From Wolbachia endosymbiont (group A) of Rhinocyllus conicus (GTDB taxonomy: Bacteria > Pseudomonadota > Alphaproteobacteria > Rickettsiales > Anaplasmataceae), in contig NZ_OX366349.1 in assembly GCF_947250775.1 (NCBI RefSeq), forward strand, positions 1,060,372 through 1,092,371: a DNA stretch of 32,000 nucleotides, written 5' to 3'. Numbering within the stretch: the stretch's first letter is position 1; each line of letters opens with the position of its first letter. Shown piece by piece: positions 17,301 through 27,998 of the stretch. The notes under the pieces were generated by a model, which saw only the letters and a program-made list of their open reading frames with translations, was not told the origin of the DNA and did no database searches. Made by a program: the position numbers and the translations under genes.

Positions 17301-19343
17301 TACTGGATCGTATTCTTTAGCACTGCTAGCTTGATCTGCAAATTTGATACCATGAACCAGCATATCAATACGTTTTCCTCTGCCTGTTTGAAACTCAGTT
17401 AATACTAATGCCCTGTTTTCTTGTAGTTCTCCTAGCTTTATATCACTATAGTGGCTAAATGCTCCGTGAGATATAGCTTGAGTATGCGCTTCCTTTTCTA
17501 TTAGAACCTTAAAAGGTAGCACTGTCTCACCTAATTTTCCAAATAACTCCTTATACTTGCCTATTGATTGAGATTGATCTTGTGAAGAAGCAAGCTGAGA
17601 CTTCAATACCTCATCAAATGTTTCCTTTAACCCAGCAGGATAAGGAATGTTTTTCCACTCTCCACCAAAAAAACTTTTTCCCTGCCTATACTTATCCAAG
17701 GAATTATATCTATTAACCTTCTCTACATCGAAAAAATCTGATCTTCTTTCCTCTTGTAAACTTATACATACTTCTGTTATTTTACTGACTGTTGGTAGGT
17801 TAATGGGTATTTTTTTCTCACTAAACTCTCCTTTTCCTCCCTCTCTAATGTGAAAGATAAACACCTCTTTATTCTGCCCTTGATTTCCTTTAGTCAGCAT
17901 GAATGTTGTCACAGGCCTTTCAGTTGATTGTGCACCAGACCTTGTAGAAGAAGCAAGTGGGTACTCATTATATAAAAATACAGATTTCTCTAAATCAATA
18001 TCTACAAACTTATCAGCAAGAAGAAGTTGCCCTAATAAAAATCTACTAAAGTAATTACCTCCTTTCTCTGGTGTACCAGGAAATGTATGGTAAATACGTT
18101 CTAGTGGCTGTTTTATCTTTTCTGTTATATCAGTAGTCGTACTTCTTTCACCATTCCAACTTGAAGTTACTTCTAAAAGCTTCTGTATTGTAGGTGGAGC
18201 AGGTTCCCTTTCACGAGGTGGAGATATATACATTGAAAACTTTTCAGTTGAATCCAAATTTAACCCTACACAAAGCACATTATCTGAAACGGTTAAAACA
18301 CGCATTGTGTTTGGCTGAAAACCTTTTGCATAATCTTTTGCTTGCTCTAATGCATTACCTGGCGTTGTACCAGCAGCTGTTCCTGCTTTTAATTCAATAA
18401 TAATTGGAACAGCGTTTAATGACCTATCCTTGCCACGAGGCACTAGAACAATATCAGCATAACCTCTCCCTGCAAATTGCTCTAAGTAAACCCTGAGATT
18501 ATACCTATAGCGGAAATTCACTAAAGCTCCTGCTACAAATCCATGATGTGCTGCTTCTTTTACTTCTTGACCATAGACAAGTGAATCCTTATGTTCAGAG
18601 TGAATTTTACTAACTTTTTTTAGAATATTTTCAACAGGTTTTTTCACTTTTTCCACATCAGGATTAGTCAGCTTTGCTATATCACTTTCTGGATTATTCC
18701 ATAATCCCTTTTTTATTTCCTTAAACTCATGTATTGTAGAAGCATCATTGTCCAATTTATTATTTTCCACATTAACAGATATTCCTGCCATTTTCCCTTT
18801 GGCATCTTTTTCTTTAGTGATTTCTACTAATCTCACACCTAGCTTACCTTGATCTCTAGCTAGCCTCACAACGTTATTCCTGGCGACTTTAGTATTGCCT
18901 AATATCTTATCTAGCTCACCATAACTAAACTTTTTTCTTGTGCTACCAGATTCTGCAATAACAAAGAGCTTTACTTTATCAGCAGCATCTTCTGGGCTTT
19001 TGATTTCTCCTTTTTTAATAACAGCTACTTTTAGAGTCTTTGAGCTGTCAAAACTAAAATATATTTTCTCAATATTCAGCTTTGTTGCAATTTCCGTGTC
19101 TACCAAAGTAGAAAAGCTTCCTAAAAAGAAATGAGGAAAAAACCCTTCTTTACCTACTGAATGTAAATACGATGGAACCTGGTCAACATACGATTGAAAC
19201 CTTGCTTTGAAAGATTCAAAATCACTCCCTTTTGGAACTGAAGTACTTGGGCCAGCTTTTACTGACTCTCGAATTAGTAGCTCTATTAATTCAAAATCCT
19301 GCACTCCTTGATTATCAACTTCTCCTTGTTTTCTTTTAGGCAT
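8379..19343 (-). CDS. cifB: Giant CifB-like (type V-like) multidomain toxin: dual PD-(D/E)XK-like motifs, hydrophobic/pore-like region, two ankyrin arrays, C-terminal latrotoxin-CTD-like segment
   Basis: Single 3654-aa ORF immediately downstream of a CifA-like gene. The N-terminus ([28 protein letters not shown]) aligns by eye to the smaller CifB at 28733..30823 (SFLHSANKPGFFPTFFFGMFSTAHDAGI). Nuclease motifs: [21 protein letters not shown] and [21 protein letters not shown]. Long ankyrin arrays. Confidence 0.9.
   Translation of the reverse strand: [3654 protein letters not shown]
9340..11592 (-). other. Second (long) ankyrin repeat block within the giant CifB
   Basis: Many units such as [92 protein letters not shown]. 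Confidence 0.92.
12670..12995 (-). other. First (short) ankyrin repeat block within the giant CifB
   Basis: [26 protein letters not shown] / [29 protein letters not shown] / [30 protein letters not shown]. Confidence 0.85.
17281..18475 (-). other. Two PD-(D/E)XK nuclease-like motif regions of the giant CifB
   Basis: [38 protein letters not shown] (~18350-18470) and [15 protein letters not shown]...[14 protein letters not shown] (~17281-17390). Both keep D...E-x-K. Confidence 0.8.
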
Positions 19344-19365
19344 ATAACCCTCCTTTTAGATCTCT

Positions 19366-20679
19366 TTAATGATCACCTAACCCCACATAAGATTGATCAT
19401 GCACTTTACTGAGCTCTACCTCAGCTAAATCACCACTTGGGCCAGGTATGTTTTTTTGATCGAGTTCTTTATCAGCAGACTTACCATAGCCTAAAAACTT
19501 ATTTAATGATTGATTATCTCTTTGTTCTAATATAGAATGTATACAGTTTGCTTTCTCAGAAGACATAAACTCCTTGATTTGCTTAGAATTAGCCTTATCT
19601 AACATTGCCCACACTGGCTTCATAAAACCTTTTTCAACCAAATGTACTGAAAATTTTCCTTGAAAAGAAGAATCTTCCATCATTTCCTCGTCCAATGTGA
19701 AGGTACAATGATTATCAAATCCTTCTTTTTTCCACATATGCATAAAAACCTCCACACCAGCACCTAAATAATGCTCTGGACAGTCCTTTATCATGAATTT
19801 CAACCAAAGAGAATAATCATCTTCTGAAATTTCACTTGATTTTAAACAATCAAATAATTCCTGAAATTTATCAAAACTAAGCACGTCCTTCATTCTATTT
19901 AAAGATCCATAATAACCATTCTTTTCTAAATCTCTTTTCAAAAGCTCTGGATATTTATCAGGACTTATCTGACTTAAACAAAATTCAAACACATCGGGAT
20001 AGCCATTATCATGTGCTGCATGCACTGCAATTCTCATGAAAACTTCATCTTTCTCTTGAGCACTTAACTCACTTTCAGGTAATGATTTTATCTTATTCCA
20101 AAAGAATTCTACTGCTTCTACACGTCTTCTCCTCGAACTTATTGCTGCACGATGTAAACCAAAGACATAAGGATGCTGACCTTTTAGATCTAACTCTGAA
20201 ATGTATCCACTAATGAAATGTGACCAAAATTGCATCATTGCGTCTGTACACCAACTTCCACTTATTCTTTTTGCTAGCTTTTTTAATGCGTCTGGGTCAC
20301 CGTCTTTCACTTTATGCTTCTGTTTAAAATGTTCAAATAGAGAGATTATGTCTTCTTCTAAGCAACACCAACATGCGATTTGGTAAAGATAAAAGTCCTC
20401 TAATGGATTGCTTGTGCCTTTCCAACTCTGAGGTTCAATCACCTTTTTAGCAACTACTCTTCTATTAAGCTTGATACCATGTATTGTATCGGTTTTTTCC
20501 CAACATTCTTCATTTGATAACACATCTAAAAAGAATGGAAGTTTTGTTTCACCCCAGGTATCAAATAAAGGCAAAAATGCACCGCACCAGTTTTCTAATT
20601 GAAGTTGTTTAGATTCTTTATAAGGATCATTATCTTTAATAATAAAGAAAACCGCTTTTCTGAGTTCATCATAGTCCAT
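19366..20679 (-). CDS. cifA: CifA-like protein (type V-like), upstream partner of the giant CifB
   Basis: 22 nt upstream of cifB on the same strand. NPLEDFYLYQIACWCCLEEDIISLFEHF corresponds to NPFAIYKIACIECVESEIKQLFDKA in the second CifA. FLDVLSNEECW resembles the CifA N-terminal motif. Confidence 0.83.
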   Translation of the reverse strand: MDYDELRKAVFFIIKDNDPYKESKQLQLENWCGAFLPLFDTWGETKLPFFLDVLSNEECWEKTDTIHGIKLNRRVVAKKVIEPQSWKGTSNPLEDFYLYQIACWCCLEEDIISLFEHFKQKHKVKDGDPDALKKLAKRISGSWCTDAMMQFWSHFISGYISELDLKGQHPYVFGLHRAAISSRRRRVEAVEFFWNKIKSLPESELSAQEKDEVFMRIAVHAAHDNGYPDVFEFCLSQISPDKYPELLKRDLEKNGYYGSLNRMKDVLSFDKFQELFDCLKSSEISEDDYSLWLKFMIKDCPEHYLGAGVEVFMHMWKKEGFDNHCTFTLDEEMMEDSSFQGKFSVHLVEKGFMKPVWAMLDKANSKQIKEFMSSEKANCIHSILEQRDNQSLNKFLGYGKSADKELDQKNIPGPSGDLAEVELSKVHDQSYVGLGDH

Positions 20680-20982
20680 AATTCTTACCTCACAAACAAA
20701 ACCATATTAAGATACAGAGCTATAATAATTTATAAATTCCATATCAACTCTGACATCGTACTCCACCCTTAAAATTTGTCAATTAATATTGTAGGAATTT
20801 TTTCTAACCAAAAGTAATATTTCGATAAAAGCGTTTTAACAGGCTCAATATAAGGTCTATTATTTGCTTTTAAATTCTATTTTTATCATAAGCTTGCCTT
20901 AATTATTCCACAAGTAAATTAATATTAATTTAGCAAGATATATTACCAAGATCTCAAGTAAAATAAACATTTCCAACACTCA

Positions 20983-21200
20983 AAACCAAGGGCGGTGAGA
21001 GCTTTTTGTTTTGGGATGGCATGGTCTGGGCACTGGGATGACAAAAAAAGGGGCTACTTGGATGACACCCTGACAATCGTCATCCCGCTGCTTGTTAGCG
21101 GGATCTATGTGAGATACCGCGGCGGTATGACGGTTAATTATTCCGCGCGGGATGACAAGAAAGGAGCAGCAGGATGACACCTCACCATGTCATTCCAGCG
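20983..21200. repeat. Wolbachia-type intergenic palindromic repeat cluster
   Basis: atcccgct-gcttgtt-agcgggat hairpin (21082-21104) plus gtcatcccg/gcgggatgacaa/ccgcggcggtatgacggtt pieces. Confidence 0.75.
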
Positions 21201-21309
21201 CGTGGCACACATCTGTACGAACATTGTTATAATAAGAGTTCATGAAAGATGTCATCTGGAATCTTGTTCCAATGTTAAACAACACAAAGTTGAAAAAGTA
21301 GAGCAAGAA

Positions 21310-22770
21310 TTACTTACAATTCAATAATTCTCCAAAATCAATTATGTTTGAAAAGTAATCACTATCTATAACGTCATCACTCACACCGTTAACGTGAATA
21401 AGGACTGGACGACATGAAAAGCCTTTTGGACGCTTTAGTGTATCTATTTTCTTTTGTACTTCTTGTATTATTGAATGACCGATTTTATTTTTTGAGAATT
21501 TGATTTCGCAAATGTAGAGTGTGTTAAACCTTGTTTGAATCATGTAATCAATTTGACAACCAGCACCTGTCTTCCTCTGAAAAAATGGATTTTCGCTTAC
21601 TATTCCATCAATTCTCAAGATATTATGTATGCTCTTTCTATTGTTAAGCACCAAATTTTCAAACTGAAGTCCAATAATTGTATGCCACTCTGGTAGAGAT
21701 GTAAGTAACCCTATAGAGTAGGTGTCGCGATTAATTTTTCCTAGATTTTTTTCAATATATTTTAGATAAAACCTTAAATAATTATCTTGAAGTCTGTACT
21801 TCCTGAGTCGTGAATCAGTACCCGTTTTTATATCCCAAGTGTGATCCTTTGCAATAAAACCGGCAAGCTCGAGCTCATATAGATACTCAGAAATGCGTCC
21901 GTGTCTTGCAATGTTTAAAGCAGTACAAATTTCTTCCTGTTCTTTAGCTCCAGTAGAAAGAGCTCTCACTACTTGCTTATAAAAAGCTGTTTTTCGCATG
22001 AATAGATCTGAAAATATTTGGTCAAACTCCTCAACTAAAAACCCACCTTTTGTAAAACAAAGCTTTTTAATATTTTCTTCAGTACCATGTTTAAAATTTA
22101 CCTCTTCTAAATATTTTGGAATTCCACCGGTTACTGCAAGCACCTTAAACTTTTCGTATGCTGAAATATTTTTTGGCCAAAATTCATTGCAATCAGAAAG
22201 TGATAACTCCCCGAGTGTTAAAGTCAACGATATTCTTCCTACAAAACCAGTACTACTAAGTATATTTTTTTCAATCCAGGATGAAGCTGATCCACAGACA
22301 ACAAAAATTAGCTTGTTATTATTTTTTAGCTGTGTATCCCAAAAATTCTTTATTTTGCCTAAAAAAGTTGGATCTTTTGAGCCCATCCAAGAAATTTCAT
22401 CAAGGAGCAATAATATTTTGCCAGATAGTAAACGTTCACCAACTGCCCATAGTAAGTCACTCCAGTCGTCATATCTAGCAAAAGATGTATTAAATTGTCT
22501 AGCAACTTGTCTAGAAAATTCATTAAGTTGGTGGGATGTTGTAGTATGCTTTTCTGGCGGCAAACCTATAAATGAGTAATATTGCTCGAAATGCTTACCA
22601 AACTCTTGAATTAAACGACTTTTTCCTATACGACGCCTTCCTTTGACTACTACAAAAGATGCAGTGTTTTTTTCCGTAAGCTCCAGCAGTTGCTTCAACT
22701 CGGTTTGCCTACCAATAAATGATGGAGACATAAAATACAAAATATAAATCTTTGTCTCCATTATACACAA
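21310..22770 (-). CDS. AAA/archaeal-type ATPase with C-terminal DUF234-like (PD-(D/E)XK-like) domain
   Basis: Walker A VVKGRRRIGKSRLI, Walker B KILLLLDEISWMG, sensor-like VVCGSASSWIE, and C-terminal GAGCQIDYMIQTRFNTLYICEIKFSKNKIG. The true start may be an internal Met (MSPSFIGRQTELKQL). Confidence 0.85.
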   Translation of the reverse strand: MCIMETKIYILYFMSPSFIGRQTELKQLLELTEKNTASFVVVKGRRRIGKSRLIQEFGKHFEQYYSFIGLPPEKHTTTSHQLNEFSRQVARQFNTSFARYDDWSDLLWAVGERLLSGKILLLLDEISWMGSKDPTFLGKIKNFWDTQLKNNNKLIFVVCGSASSWIEKNILSSTGFVGRISLTLTLGELSLSDCNEFWPKNISAYEKFKVLAVTGGIPKYLEEVNFKHGTEENIKKLCFTKGGFLVEEFDQIFSDLFMRKTAFYKQVVRALSTGAKEQEEICTALNIARHGRISEYLYELELAGFIAKDHTWDIKTGTDSRLRKYRLQDNYLRFYLKYIEKNLGKINRDTYSIGLLTSLPEWHTIIGLQFENLVLNNRKSIHNILRIDGIVSENPFFQRKTGAGCQIDYMIQTRFNTLYICEIKFSKNKIGHSIIQEVQKKIDTLKRPKGFSCRPVLIHVNGVSDDVIDSDYFSNIIDFGELLNCK

Positions 22771-22863
22771 TGAAATTGGAGACGTAAATAAGTAAATTTT
22801 GATCTTTGTCTCTATAGTGCTATAGCTAAACTGACTTACGACAATTTGAAAAACGACAAATTC

Positions 22864-23003
22864 GTCATTCCGCTACGTGTTAGCGGAATCTATGCTGGGA
22901 TACCGCGAATGAATCGCGGTATGACGGTTCGCGGCGGTATGACGGTTCGCGGTGGTATAGTAACTCGTCATTCCGCTACGTGTTAGCGCCGCGGCGGTAT
23001 AGC
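22864..23003. repeat. Second intergenic palindromic repeat cluster of the same family with short tandem units
   Basis: attccgct-acgtgtt-agcggaat (22867-22889), accgcga-atgaa-tcgcggt (22902-22920), repeated cgcgg(cgg)tatgacggtt units and a partial second gtcattccgctacgtgttagcg copy from 22967. Confidence 0.75.
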
Positions 23004-23102
23004 TATAAATTGTTGATATCTTTTTTATATTACATTTTTAACTTACAATAGTTAGCCAGCGTTTCTTACATTAACCAAATCTTTCGAATTCTGCACTCAC
23101 CA

Positions 23103-23777
23103 CTACCTATAACTCACTTTCACGCAATATTGATCGTTCTTAAAAAGCAATCTAACATTTTTTATTCCTTGATTGCGAAGCTTTGATGCAGCTGATTTAG
23201 CAGCCTGAGCACTTTTAAAAAATGCAACATATCCCTTACTTTCTGCACTGTCTTGTTTTGGGTGACGTTTCTGCATTTCTTTTTCATATTGCTTTCTGTA
23301 ATGAGGAGTATTTTGTATCAATTGTTCTGACATCTTTCTTAGGTATTGGACTTTTACCTTTGCAAGCCCTACTTTATGAAATCCTAAGACTTGAGCTGCT
23401 TTTTCTGATAAGTCTATTATTCTGCCTTCAATAAAAGGCCCTCTATCGTTAATCCTTACAACAAGCTTTCTTCCATTTTCTAAATTAGTGACAAGAGCAA
23501 AGCAGGGTAGGGGCAAAGTCTTATGCGCTGCAGAGATCAAGTGACGGTTAAACACTTCACCATTTGCTGTAAGCGTGCCATGATCTTCTATTCCATACCA
23601 CGACGCTATCCCTATCTCTTCATAGTGTTTACAGTTTTTTGGATAATAAGTTATACCATTTATTGTGTAGCTGCAGCCAATTTTATAATGACCTGCAGTG
23701 CAATTAAACCTGTTGCTAAAACTGCAACTACTCATCAAAACAAATATTAGACATAGGAAGGCTAGGTTTTTTATCAT
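23103..23777 (-). CDS. rlpA: RlpA-like septal ring lytic transglycosylase with C-terminal SPOR domain
   Basis: [66 protein letters not shown] is a DPBB domain. C-terminal SPOR-like [29 protein letters not shown]. Confidence 0.92.
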   Translation of the reverse strand: MIKNLAFLCLIFVLMSSCSFSNRFNCTAGHYKIGCSYTINGITYYPKNCKHYEEIGIASWYGIEDHGTLTANGEVFNRHLISAAHKTLPLPCFALVTNLENGRKLVVRINDRGPFIEGRIIDLSEKAAQVLGFHKVGLAKVKVQYLRKMSEQLIQNTPHYRKQYEKEMQKRHPKQDSAESKGYVAFFKSAQAAKSAASKLRNQGIKNVRLLFKNDQYCVKVSYR

Positions 23778-23839
23778 TGTATTCGGTAAGAGGGTTCGAT
23801 ACTATGAGGATTTTAAATTATACTATAATAAATTTAGTA

Positions 23840-27625
<3,786 letters not shown>

Positions 27626-27756
27626 ATTTCATTTAGATAATTGATGTTTTTCATTTATTTTATCATATAACTAGAATATATGTGTACGAACGTTTGTTTT
27701 TGAAGGTGATTTGCACAGTAAATGGTCAGCGCGTGACGCACTGCCCAGTTCATGTT

Positions 27757-27998
27757 AGCTATAAATATTTAAGAAATTTACCAAACGAAAAAAAAGGCAA
27801 AAGAAGCCCTAGTCATTGTCTATTTTCAGTATTGGCGTTTTTTTATGTTTTAAACGTCTAATAACCGCGACTCAGCTGCTTTTTAATGCAACTAACCTTT
27901 AGTCATAAATGTTTAAGAAATTTACTAAGCAGAAAAAAAGGCAAAAGAAACCCCGTGTTAGCTAGTTGTCACTCTCTAATCCTGCAAATTGGCGTTCT
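27757..27998 (+). repeat. Pair of imperfect direct repeats (~84-98 bp) in the obgE-cif intergenic region
   Basis: Copy A from 27757: agctataaatatttaagaaatttacc.aaacgaaaaaaaaggcaaaagaagccc...attggcgttt. Copy B from 27901: agtcataaatgtttaagaaatttact.aagcagaaaaaaaggcaaaagaaacccc...attggcgttc. Confidence 0.7.

Noticed and set aside
8574-19134. Many 60-130-aa plus-strand ORFs antisense to the giant cifB (e.g. 11589..11972, 9649..9957)
   Set aside because: Compositionally odd (Ser/Leu/Pro/Thr-rich), no RBS or domain signals. They mirror the repetitive ankyrin coding strand, so they are probably shadow ORFs.
20995-21177. 60-aa plus-strand ORF (MRAFCFGMAWSGHWDDKKRGYLDD...) and its 66-aa antisense
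   Set aside because: It lies entirely in the dispersed palindromic repeat cluster. Open frames there are a by-product of the GC-richer repeat.
21998-22579. 193-aa plus-strand ORF antisense to the ATPase gene
   Set aside because: No recognisable motif. The opposite strand carries clear Walker motifs, so this is treated as a shadow ORF.
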